Below, piece by piece: positions 32,871 to 44,699 of a DNA stretch of 64,000 bases. Position 1 is the stretch's first letter; every line of letters starts with the position of its first letter. Source of the DNA: Macrostomum lignano (taxonomy: Eukaryota); assembly GCA_002269645.1 (NCBI GenBank), contig NIVC01000763.1, forward strand, positions 383,484 through 447,483, written 5' to 3'. The notes under the pieces are model-generated. The model worked only from the letters and a program-made list of their open reading frames with translations, had not been told where the DNA came from and made no database searches. Position numbers and translations under genes: made by a program.

Positions 32871-35800
32871 TTCTTACCATACATGTAGGTCGCCTTCGCC
32901 TTATTTCATCACATACCATGCAGGAACCTGCGATAAGTTCACCCGGGGCTCAACAGGATTGCTTGGTACCGGAGGTCGAGGACAGGTCACGGCCTTCAAT
33001 GTCACACATCACACGCTCACGTGATCGCGTGTCTCGGAGAATTATAAAAAGGAACCCGTTTTTGAACGCGTGTTGCTTTGTTTTATTATTGTTTGTTTTC
33101 CCGCGAGGCCGAACCATGCACCGGTCCCCGCCGGGAACCCCTTCATTTCCTATAGAGTCGCCCACCAACTAAAGATCCCCCTTATGCAAAAGTCATTACA
33201 TTCCTCATTTCCAGCACTGGCTACAAGTAAACCGTCCCTTGTTGTATACATCCTCGCATAGAGTCCATTAGAGTGTTACATGTACATGTACGTGCCATTT
33301 CTAGTAGTGTGGGAGTTTTTCGGGTGTACTCCTGCACAGGTGACTGCAGAGGCGGCCACGCCCTGAGGCAAACAAACAACCCGGGCCCGCGCTGTCTAGA
33401 TAATTGGATCTTGAACGCAACGTCAGCTACGAAACAGCATCCAGAGGTGGAAAAGTTTTATGCGAGGCCTGCATGACGGCTGGTAATTTTCAGTGCTAGA
33501 GCCCAGAGGTTTACACAGGTATTCTCAGGCAGCCCCCGGGTTACGTCACATGACTTAGTCGAGCGAAAAAACTTAATTTGTAGTTCGCTCCTGGCAGAGC
33601 GAACAGGTTGGTAGGCGACTGAAGCAGCATCGGCAGCTGGTTCACCGCGCATCGGCTGTTTTGACAGCTCCCCAGACTAGCAGTCCGACTGAATCAGTAG
33701 ACTGCTGCGAGCCCCCGCCCTTATTTTGCCGCTTCCCCTGCGTTGCTGAAGCCCAATTCGACCCTACATGTATGAATATGCGTAAATTTTTAATACACAA
33801 TAAGTGAGTCTTCCTTGCTAGACCCCTGCCTCAGGTTTGCTCCATGCAACCACTATAGCCGGAATACCCATGGCCCACCAGGGTGAGCGCTCATCAGAAT
33901 CGCATGAAGATTTCTCTCTTGAGCACTTTTACTAAGACACCATTAACAGACATTTCATGGTCTATATTCAGGAGCACCAAGCTTGCAACCAAGACCTTAT
34001 ATAACAATGGTTGTCAAAGGGCACAGTGCATATTCTAGCATGCGGGAACTATTCAACTACATCGAATGTGAGAAACAGAACTCTCACTCCAGAGTACTCT
34101 GAGGGCTTCTCAGAAGCAGGAGCCCCAACTCCCTCCTTCATGACGCCGCCTGGACTGCAGACCCTCAAAAAAGCGTACGTCACCGCTCAGCACAAAACTG
34201 AATGCCCTTGCAGCAAATGTGCACCGCTGACGATCGAGCGCACTTTAGTTCACTTCAGCGCCCTACACCAAGGCAGCGTCCTTTCTTGCGAGTGCAGGAA
34301 CTCTCGGCAGCTTGCTGGGAGCATTCGAAACATGCTTAAGCTGCACCACTAAGAGCGAAATAAAATGTGAGTTCACTGAGAAAATTTTACTTCTGGAGTG
34401 TAAAGCTAAATCAACAAAATTTTGCGGAGCGCATGCTATTTAAGAAATACTCCAGAAACACAAAACCAATTCGACAAAATTATATGACCAACTAAAATCG
34501 GAAAGCTCCTGGTCATAACTGTATGTAACATGAAAGTTTATATCTGTATTTTTTGCACGCGTCTTCATGAAGAGCAGTAGTTTAAAAAATTAACTGGCGG
34601 TAACAACAAAAACACCTGTCAGTTCCTTGTAGAAATATAAGAACCTGTAAAAACAACAGGATTTTGACAGTATAAGGGGTTGGTCATTGTTGTTCCACAA
34701 TGGTACAGCCGAAATTATTTTGGATTATTTGCTTAAACTGAAAGCCTGACACTGAAGTCTAGTGGCACTTGCTCCGAGCTTTGTGATCAAGGATTGAATT
34801 AAAATGGCACACGTTGAACACCACCCTGTCACAGAGCAGTATCGTCTCGAAAAAATGTCTCCCAGAAATCACAGCAAAATATATAAAGCTCGATGTTACA
34901 AACTGCATTGAGTCGAAAAATGCTTTTACAAATGGAAGATCCACCCATAAACAACCTAAAAACACGCCACCAAAAACGTCGAGTGTGGCACCCATTGCAC
35001 AGGGAGTAATGCGAGTAGCAATATTGGAAAAGGGCGATGACAAATGGGTGCTTTTGTTGAGCTTTACAAGATCTGAACATGTATTAACAGAATTCGGTGA
35101 TCTCAATGTTAAAAGGATTGTCGACAGATATTAAAGAATTAAAAAATAGCTTTGGCGGAGCCAGCTTCAGTTTCGGCTGCAGCAGCGATGTTTGAGGCGG
35201 CTGCTTAAGCGGAACCAGCGGCAGACCCGGCCCTAACGGTTGCACCAGATGTCAGCGTATCAGAACTCATAGTGGCGGCACGTACAAACTAATTTCAGCT
35301 CAGTGTGTACAAATAGTTAGAAAGCTCGCGCTTGGATAACTCAAGGACCACTAGTAGATAGAGGACGTTACACTCGGATTTCGTGGAAATTTTTTTGAAG
35401 TCCGATTTTCACCGCAAAATACATTGGCGAGATAGCAAATTTTCACGTTTTTAATATTCAGAAGCCTGTTGTAATTGATTTAAGCCTGCTTCAAAAAAAC
35501 CCATCTAACATTTTACTTTTAAGACCCTGTTCTATTGGTTTCTATTATGTTTTAGTCGCGAAAACGTTCTATAGATATAGTTTTATCACATTTTGACGTA
35601 GTCATGAAATTACATAGACTAGGGGGGGCCTATATATGCACTTTGGCTAGCTAAACTATAGCCAGCTTGGCCTAGCATATCAGGCCTTCTATATTAAATC
35701 TCTCTAATAAAAAAATTAAATTTGTATTGCCATAGCATATCTCATGTCATACAAACATGATAACAATATGCTAAGTTTGAGAATGGACACTCATTCATAA

Positions 35801-36494
35801 TATAGGCCCATACTCAATTATATTTATATATCCATACTCCAACCAAGTTCCCTAATAAGTGGTTTCATCCACTGAAATTCATTGATACAGCTGTTGTAGG
35901 CATTCAAAATACATGTCTACTGTGTACCACCTATGCTATTAAACCTAAGGTCTAAGCCCTGTATAGAGATAGAATAAACACATGAAATTTTCTAAATGTA
36001 AATGTCTTTTATGATTTGTAAATCATAATCCACTATTTAACTTTAAATTTGTAAGTAAACTTAGCTATGTATGCCATTTTAGGAAATAGTTCATGTTAAT
36101 CTGAGTGACTCTGTCAGATAAAAATGAGATTCAAACTTTTAAATAAAATTAAATAGGGCCTATATAGGCCTAGTAAGGTGGGTAGGCCTATCTAGTAGTA
36201 TAAGCTAGCCTACGTTTGTTTTGGCAATTAAAAGGGTAGTTTTAGTCAATTGCAGAAGTGTTGTCATTTGGATTCCATAACTTCAAAGAACTATGTATTT
36301 ATAGATATTGTATATATTGATTTCAATTGCTTACATTTCTTCCCTGGACAAAGATTTCCCTTAACCAAATTATCCTAGGGCCTACTCCACCCTAGTCTCT
36401 AGGCCTAATCAATGTTATATTTTGCATCTTCAATTGAGAAATCTAACTCACTGCTTATGCCTATCTTTATCAGCTTATCACCTATTATTAGCCA

Positions 36495-37626
36495 GTGATT
36501 GGAGAGCCAGTCAAGCGGGCTAAGTGGAACGAAATCATCAGGCTTGAGGAAGCTTCTCGAAATCATATTGTACGGACGACACGTCTTAATCCAGTCGCGT
36601 GCCGCCCCTCTCCTCTTGAGAGACAGAAAGTTTCGCTGGTGCTTGATGTATTCCACGAGAAAACAGTTGCAGCATTACAGCTGAATGGCTATTCTGAGAC
36701 TGCCGACTTCGTCGAGCGCGTTCTCAACTTTTGGACAGTTGTAAACGTAAAGTCACCAGAGTCCCACATTCGTCTGAATGACATTCGGCGAGCCCCAATT
36801 AGCAGCACCAACTCAAGTGCAATTCAGGAGCTGCTCAGTTTTGCAGCTGTCGTTGATCGCATGCCAGGTGGTAGGGGTGCTAGCCGCCCTCGATCGCTGA
36901 CTACTGAGACACGCAAGGCTATCCATCAGACTGCGAACGGCCTGGCTGATTTGTCTAGACATTTGCTGATGAAAGTAGGGTTTTCGTACGTGTTGCTCGG
37001 TACGTAGTATTATTCACTACTCCCTGTTTCCCGTAACATTACGGAAATTTTTTGGTATTGTTATTGCCATAATAAATTGACACTCAATAAATATGACCTG
37101 CATACCCAGGCACTAACTTCAAAAATTTTTAGGTGAGCTGCAGACTGACCGGCTTGAGGGAGAGTTTTCTATTTATCGGCAAGGCCACGGCGGGTGTTAT
37201 TATATATCCGTTGATCAAATTTTGGCCAGTGCGCGGCTACGCCGAATGCAACTTTACAGTAAATTGGAGTTAGTCTGTGACGACCATCAACCGTTGGCCT
37301 GTTGCTCTGCTGAAATTTCGCAGGGAGACTGGAAAATTGTTGGCAATCTCCCACAACTGTCCGACAACATTTCTGATGCGGAGAATGCAGCGCTATATTT
37401 TATCAGTGGCTACGTGGCCTTTAAGGAAAAGCTCGACTGTCAGGCTGCTACGGTTTACGAACCAGCCTGTAGCAGTGAATTCACTTCGCTTCTTTCACGA
37501 GGGAAGCTGTGTCACCCTCCTGAGTGGCTGGTCTTTAAAGGATTGGTGCGACGCGAGTCACAGGCTGATGGACGTCCGCCCGATTCAAGTCAGCGGCGCT
37601 TGCGAAAGCTTGTGCCCTCAGGCTGA
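36495..37626 (+). mobile_element. P-element (THAP9-like) transposase, partial; exons ~36495-36999 and 37133-37626
   Basis: KWNEIIRLE, PLERQKVSLVLDVFHEKTVAAL, FWTVVNVKSP..RLND, then a phase-1 GT-AG intron (37000-37132) joining YVLLG to ELQTDRLEGEFSIYRQGHGGCYYIS; LSRGKLCHPPEWL. No THAP domain or N-terminus was seen. Confidence 0.85.
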
Positions 37627-38420
37627 GTAGTTCAGTATTTATAATGCAAGTTAATCTTGGTCTCTGCCATAATTGCCACTGTAGCGCTACATGTATTTTA
37701 GCACTCCCGCGCAGTTAAAGTGTATTGCGCTGAAATTGCTTAAAGTTTATTGTTTCTGCGCTACAACCAGTTTCTTTAGTTACGTTATTTAGTTAAGGTG
37801 ATCGAGAATAAGATGTTTGGATCAGAATTCTAGGAATGACAAGACCAGGATTCAGATGAATATTTATGGAAGCAGCCTGTTATTTGTGGTTACTAGTTAC
37901 TATTTTACTAGTTAATACCTTCGCAACATTTTCCAGTTTTCTTGTGGCAAAAATGGTCCTTACATCGCTAGTATTTTGTTATATTTTTAAGCGTTTTTGA
38001 TATTTCTCAGTGCTGGGCGTTAACTAGTTAATTGTTTAACTAGTTAATTAACTAGTTAAATTTTTTTAAAAATCGTTAAATTTTCGTTAAATTTTTTATG
38101 TATTAACTAGTTAACAAAAATCGTTAATTTATTTCTGAAGTTAAAGTTAAATGACAAAAGTTAATAATTCCGGGAAATGGAGTTCCCCGGGTTCAAAATC
38201 CGCGGGTTTCAACAGCTTGTATGCCATTAAAAAGTAAAATTAATACATACATAAAATAACTTCGCCTTTCTAAGCATTATTTAACGCGTCACAAACTACT
38301 ATTACATGTATATATTTCAGTTACAAGTTATAATGTATAGAATATTCGGAAGATTCTGGAATCTTCAACTATTATCTATTGATATTCTACCCAATGACTA
38401 CTATAAGTTATCGTTGTACA

Positions 38421-39390
38421 TAGGGATGTCGATTCCCTGGGGAATTTTCTTATCGGGGACCCAGGGAATTTACTGTCATTTCCCGGGGACCCCGGGGAAA
38501 AAATAAGTAAAAAACGGCGGATAACTTAGATCTTTATAAGTCACTAAGTGGCATTTTTTAAACTTTGATTAAAGCTTTGGATGGACTACATGTTCAAGGC
38601 GCAAGGGTAAAAACTTAAGGCAATGTTTGTTTAAAACTGTATTTGACAATATGGCATCACCAAATCGTGCGCGCACCTTTATCAGAAAGGGTCCAGACTC
38701 CGGAGGCGGAAAATGCATGCTCAGCAGCTGCACTCGTGGGAGGATAATTAATGAATGAGACTGTTTTTGTAATCGGAATTTTAATTTCTTGCAGATGCAT
38801 GTAAATCACCATTTTGTCCTGTCTAATATGGAGTATTTTGTTATTGTATGACACCCCCCTATGCGTCAGTGACTGACGCAGAACACAGCGCTGTGCCTGC
38901 GTCAAATGCGTCAAGCCGTCAACGCAGACCAACACAATAGTCAGTAAGGCTTCTTTTTCCTGATGGGTTTCTACGCTTGTACGTTCAATTTGCTTGATTG
39001 AAAGACTCATAGTGAAAAAAAACATTCAAACGGGTCGCTAATTTCATAAGACCGAAATTTCACAACGCCGAAAATTCTGCATGCAATACAATCCTTATTG
39101 TAAAGTTTTCTACGATGTGAAATTTTGGTCTTATGAAGTTTCGGTCTTGTGAAGTATGGTGTTTCGGCGTTGTGAAATTTCGGTCTTATGAACCCCCCAT
39201 TCAAACGTGTGTTGTGTTTGAAGTAATACATTGAAATAAGCAGTTTTGCAGTAAAAAAGCATAGACAGAGTTTCAATCAGCTTTCTGTCAATGATTTTCT
39301 TATTTAAATGGCAAAAATGTAGTTAAAAATGCTTTTTTTCTCCCCGGGGTCCCCGGTCTAATTCCCAGGGGAGTATTCCCCGACAAGCTC
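38421..39390 (-). mobile_element. Nested hAT remnant
   Basis: Starts tagggatgtcg; inverted ccccggggaaaaaa / tttttttctccccgggg subterminal blocks; minus-strand PPTSAAAEHAFSASG (hAT dimerisation motif) at ~38690-38740. Confidence 0.6.
39033..39198. mobile_element. MITE with a 9-bp TSD (MULE-like)
   Basis: Inverted repeats tcataagaccgaaatttcacaacgccgaaa / tttcggcgttgtgaaatttcggtcttatga; direct repeat attcaaacg at 39024-39032 and 39199-39207. Confidence 0.8.
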
Positions 39391-40534
39391 CCCAGGGCGC
39401 CGCGACCTGGCCACAGCCGCGCCGCGCCGACCTGAAATTTAAAAAACACGCCGAACACATGTCCGGGAAAATGTCACTTTTTCCGTTAGGGAATTATTAA
39501 CTTTAACTTTTAACTTTTCAGAAGTTAAATTTTGGGCAAAAGTTAAATAATTAACTAGTTACAGTTAATTTTTTTGGAGCAATTAAATTAACTTTTTAAC
39601 TTTTAACGAGTTAAAAAAATTGATTAACTTGCCCAGCACTGATATTTCTATTCCGTGTTTTCTAGTTTAAGATCAAGGCCTTTATGTCCTTCCTTTGTTC
39701 GTGTGAGCTAGGTTGTTTCTTTGTGCTGTTTTTCTCTGTTGTGCGTTTTAGGAGTTTGTTTTGCATAATACTTCGACTATGTAGCATAGAAAAACATATT
39801 TTTTTATTTATTGAGCGAAAGATGGTTTTTAAGTATTGACAATTTAGAATTTTCAGTTTTTCAGTTCAGGATCGCAGGCTGCAATTAGCCAGCTACATTT
39901 TGTGCTTTATTGCTTGTAGTAGAGATCGTTTAGCTTGTGCTTTACAGTTTTTGTAAAGTTTTAGAAGTTTTCGTTTTGCATTTTTGAAATTATTATTTGC
40001 ATGTTTACTGTAGTTTGTAAATACAAATCACTTATTATTCTCTAGGTTTATTTCTTTCAAGTTTTATACAAAACTTTTCGCTACAGCTTCCTACAGCAGG
40101 TCTGCAGGATGCGATTGTCTTTGCGTTGTTTTTTTTGTTACTGTGTAGAGAATGAATGTATGCCTAGTTCTGAGTAATTAGTCATCTTGAGTAACTTTTA
40201 AAGAGCAGTAGGATCATCTTCATAGTGTCCTAGCTTCGTAGCTTTTGGAATTTCTAGGGGTACATGTACTCTACTGTACTTTTATTCCGCAAAAATGCTT
40301 TTAAAGCTACAAACTAATATTTTATATAAAACTGGAATAAATTCTGGACAACCTGGTGAAAGAATCAGCTCTTTATCTGCAAAGAAAAAAAAATGGCAGC
40401 AGTTTGAAAAAATCGGCCTTCAAAAAAATTTGCACCATTTTAGAGTGTTACGTCCTTCTACTTAAGTAGTCCGTGGGATAACTTTTGTGGGTGAACAGCT
40501 GCTTGTTTGTTGCTAGGCCAATCGCACCAGAGGC

Positions 40535-42322
40535 AAAAGCAAAGGTGCCAATGGGACAGCAGCTGGGCTTCACCGGTAGCTTTTTCTGAAGGAAGAATGT
40601 GCTTTCAATAAGCTGTGCTGCTTGGTACTAATACGAGACTACTTTAGCAGAGGGCGGAGAAGCAGGGTAGAGCAGACAGCAGGGAGCAAAGCAGCGGGGG
40701 CAGAGCAGGACGCAGAAAACCAGAGGACAGAGCAGGGGGCAAAGGAGCAAGGTAGAGCAGACAGCAGACGTCAGAGCAAGAGGGCAGAGCAGGACAGAAG
40801 TTACGGGTCAGGAGAGGGAGCTATGGGTCAGGGGAGGGAAGCCAGGGGTCAAGGGGGAGAGAAGCCAGGGGTCAGTAAGGAGAAAAGCTAGGGCCAGGCA
40901 GAGAGAAGCCAGGGTCAGGGGAGAGAAGCCAGGGTCAGGGCAGGGAAGCAAGGGTCAGGGGGAAGAAGCCAGGGTCAGGGGAGAGAAGCCAGGGTCAAGG
41001 GAGAGAAGCCAGGGTCAGGGAAGAGAAGCCAGGGTCAAGGGAGGGAAGCCAGGGTCAGGGGGAGAGAAGCCAGGGTCAGGGAAGGGAAGCCAGGGTCAGG
41101 GGAGGAGAGAAGCCAGGGTCAGGGGAGAGAAGCCAAGGTCATGGGAGGGAAGCCAGGGGGAGAGGAGCCAAGGGAGAGAAGCCAGGGTCAGGGGAGGAGG
41201 GAAGCCAGGGTCAGGGGAGGAGAGAAGCCAGGGCCAGGGGAGGGAAGCCAGGGTCAGGGGAGGAGGGAAGCCAGGGTCAGTAAGGAGAGAAGCTAGAGTC
41301 AGGGGGAGGGAAGCCAGGGTCTGGGGAGGTAAGCCAGGGTCAGGGGAGGGAAGCCAGGGTCAGGGGGGAGAGAAGCCAGGGTCAGGGGAGGGAAGCCAGG
41401 GTCAGGGGGGAGAGAAGCCAGGGTCAGGGGAGGGAAGCCAGGGTCAGGGGAGGAGGGAAGCCAGGGTCAGTAAGGAGAGAAGCTAGAGTCAGGGGGAGGG
41501 AAGCCAGGGTCTGGGGAGGTAAGCCAGGGTCAGGGGAGGGAAGCCAGGGTCAGGGGGGAGAGAAGCCAGGGTCAGGGGAGGGAAGCCAGGGTCAGGGGGA
41601 GAGAAGCCAGGGTCAGGGGAGGGAAGCCAGGGTCAGGGGAGGAGGGAAGCCAGGGTCAGTAAGGAGAGAAGCTAGAGTCAGGGGGAGGGAAGCCAGGGTC
41701 TGGGGAGGTAAGCCAGGGTCAGGGGAGGGAAGCCAGGGTCAGGGGGGAGAGAAGCTAGGGTTAGAGGGAGGAAATCCAAGGTTAGGGGAGAGGGGAACTA
41801 AGGAAAGGAAAATAAGTCAAGGATCAGGTATTTTTTAAAATATTGTAGGCTTAGTTTTATAGTTTGTTATTTAGTCCAGGCCTAATGGTATACATAAAGT
41901 AGATAGAAAAAACAAAAAATTTAAGGCTCTTATCTAGTAAGTTAGCTAAATCTATTCATTAAGACCAAGTCAATAAGCTAGGCTTAGTGCTCAATCAATA
42001 GGCTTTCCTACATACATATGGCTATAGCAAAATAATAGAATTTAATTGAATTGAAGCCTTTTTATAATTGAATAAAAGTAGCTTATAAGATACTTCTCAT
42101 CATATTAGACCTATATTTATATTTCAAATGCCTGTATTATTAATTAACTCACACGTGACAGGCTTTAAACTATAGGCAGCCTTAGAAGCTTTTGTTGAAC
42201 GTTGAACACAGGAACCCTCATTCCTGTAAATTTTGTTTTCAAATTACATGCAAGCGAATTAATATTAACAAACGTCGATTTTTCTACTGCAAATTGTTAT
42301 TAAACACCCGTGAAAGCTTTCA
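40535..42322 (-). repeat. Right arm of the long inverted repeat (gaagccagggtcaggg minisatellite at ~40815-41790)
   Basis: Reverse complement of 28609-30165; carries an extra ~150-bp segment (~40655-40810). Confidence 0.93.
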
Positions 42323-43469
42323 CTGAGATAGGAAGTTTTCAGCACTATGCCTCACAATACCCCCGGTTTCTCGACTTCCGAATTACCAACGGAACAAGCA
42401 ATTTTTTGTCTCTTTAGTCTATTTTTCTCTATTTTCTTCCCAGCGTGGAGTTTTCCCAGTTCTGCCCAAAAAGGAGGGGCGATGATTGTTACGAGCTAGT
42501 AGGCTTTTTCCATAGATATCTCCTTTGGCTGCTAGCGGGGGTCCAAAGCCCCACATTCTAACCACAGACAAAGTTGTGAGTGCACCTCGGACAAAATATA
42601 CTTGTTCCGCTTGTAGTTCGGAAGACCAGAAAATGAGAGACATCGGGAATTCAATGCTAAAAAAACATAAATATTCCGAAATCTCGATAATCCATTTTCA
42701 ACGACTCTTTGCATGAATTGCAAATCTCCGTGAGAACAAATCCAACTGAAAAAGAAATCTAAATGCAAAAAAAGCTTTTAATATCAAATACCTTAGGTAT
42801 TAACCTGATTTCAGAGATTCTTGGAAGCTTCAATCGAGAAGACTTGCTGCCAACTGCTTTCGAAATGCAAAAAATCGCAGCATTAACCCAATACTCGAAG
42901 TATATCATCTGTCTGTTCGGCTGAATAAATCAAAAACTCAAAAAGCCATCAACATAACAGTTAATAACAAATGCTACATCATTGTAAGTTTGTGAAGTTA
43001 TGGCTCGAACAAAACCGTATGAATGGGTTCGGTCATACAGATGATATCACTTAGTGGGAGATGATACTGGCGGGAGATGCAAATAAAATATGCAAAAACA
43101 ATCATTCGGATTTGTTTGAGCGAAGACTTCACAAGCTTAAAATTCGTTATTATTTGTTCGGCTTATCGGTATCGAGGATTCCAGTGCCGCAAGGACAGAG
43201 ACCGAACCGGAGTCCGAGGTGACCGCTGTACACAGAAGATTTGTACCGACCGAGCATCCGCTGGCCTTCGTGTGGCGACTCATCGCTTTGCAGCTGCAAC
43301 CAATTTTGTTGAATCCATTGCTGCTTCTTGAACTTAAATGAATGTAAATCTGGTTTAATCACAGCATCTGCTTTCATACCGGTAGTTGTACTTTGCTTCA
43401 TTTGGGTTTTTTATTTTAACGGAAGTCGGATGTAACATTGGCGACGAGGATTCTTCAGAAGAAGACAAA

Positions 43470-44699
43470 ATGACCGCGCCAAATACTGCTTCGAAAATCA
43501 GCACATTTGATCCGGCACGACCTGAAAGGTGGACTGTATACGAGGAGCGTCTGGAACAATACTTCATCGCTAAATCCATCACCAAAGAGGAGATTAAGCG
43601 AGCCGAGCTCATCACAGTAATTGGTGAAGACTGCTATACGTTGCTCAGAGACTTACTGTCTCCAGACTCCCCGAAGGACAAATCCTACGATGATTTAATT
43701 GAAAATTCACGAACGCATTTCACCCCAACGCCGAAAAGAATCGTCGAGAGATACAACTTTCATCACCGAAGCCAGCAGGAAGGCGAATCCATTGCAGAGT
43801 ACGTCGCGCAGCTACGGAAGTTGGCGGCAACCTGTTCGTTTGAAGGCTTTTTGTCGGAGGCGATCAGAGACAGACTGGTTTGTGGACTACGAAGCAAGCT
43901 GACACAGCAAAGGCTGCTGCAGGAGGACGATGTTTCACTGGACGACGCAGTTAAAATCTCGACAGCAATCGAAATCGCAGAGAAGGGTGCAATGCAGATC
44001 CACACTGGAAGAGACACTGTCGGCCTGGCTCAGGCCAATGCGGTATATGGAAGATCATCTGCTAAGGGATCGGGACCGACGAATCCGGCCAGTTCAGACG
44101 ACCGGTGCTACAGGTGCCTCTCTTCTGGGCACTGGGCGAGAAGCTGTCCCAAAAGATCGCATGTCTGCAGTCGATGCAATAAACCAGGTCATGTTGAGAA
44201 GGCGTGCAGGACGAAGCAGAAGCAGTTCAGCGGAAACCAACCGCCGCACAGCAAGAAGAAGTTCGAAACCAAGCAGAGCTACAAAGGTAGGAAAATAAAG
44301 CATCTGAGCGCAAATGGAAGCCCCGGCAGTAGTGAGAAGTCGTACGATTTCTCTGACGTCAAGAACGTCGCTGTCAATTCAAATTACGAGGCTAAGCGAA
44401 TGAGCGCACAGAAGGCTCGGTTCAAGCCTTTCACAGAGACACTGCAAGTCAACGGGTCTCCGATTAAATTCGAAGTGGACACCGGCGCCGAGCGCACAAT
44501 TGTAAACAAATCGACAGCGGAACTAATCCGAGTTAAACCGCGCGGCACGACCTTGGTCCTCACATCTTATTCTAACGAACAGATTCCCCTACTTGGAGAG
44601 GCTGTGGTTCAGGTTGTAATTGGCGACATTGCGACGGAGCTGCAGGTCGTCGTCACTGACGGCACAAAGCAGAACCTGCGATTGGATAACGCAACTTGA
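43470..44699 (+). CDS. Gag-protease of the gypsy element
   Basis: WTVYEERLEQYF, RYNFHHRSQQEGESIAEYVAQLRKLA, two CCHC knuckles (CYRCLSSGHWARSC, CSRCNKPGHVEKAC), protease FEVDTGA; frameshift at ~44690. Confidence 0.88.
   Translation: MTAPNTASKISTFDPARPERWTVYEERLEQYFIAKSITKEEIKRAELITVIGEDCYTLLRDLLSPDSPKDKSYDDLIENSRTHFTPTPKRIVERYNFHHRSQQEGESIAEYVAQLRKLAATCSFEGFLSEAIRDRLVCGLRSKLTQQRLLQEDDVSLDDAVKISTAIEIAEKGAMQIHTGRDTVGLAQANAVYGRSSAKGSGPTNPASSDDRCYRCLSSGHWARSCPKRSHVCSRCNKPGHVEKACRTKQKQFSGNQPPHSKKKFETKQSYKGRKIKHLSANGSPGSSEKSYDFSDVKNVAVNSNYEAKRMSAQKARFKPFTETLQVNGSPIKFEVDTGAERTIVNKSTAELIRVKPRGTTLVLTSYSNEQIPLLGEAVVQVVIGDIATELQVVVTDGTKQNLRLDNAT

Larger units (their letters stand above)
38008..39641. 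mobile_element. Non-autonomous hAT-type DNA transposon with an 8-bp TSD
   Basis: TIRs cagtgctgggc...ttaa and ttaa...gcccagcactg; TSD atatttct at 38000-38007 and 39642-39649; subterminal gttaac/ttaactag repeats at both ends. Confidence 0.88.

Noticed and set aside
34011-35134. ORFs 34011-34352 and 34814-35134 as upstream exons of the P transposase
   Set aside because: No THAP C2CH or transposase motifs, and no supportable splice path.
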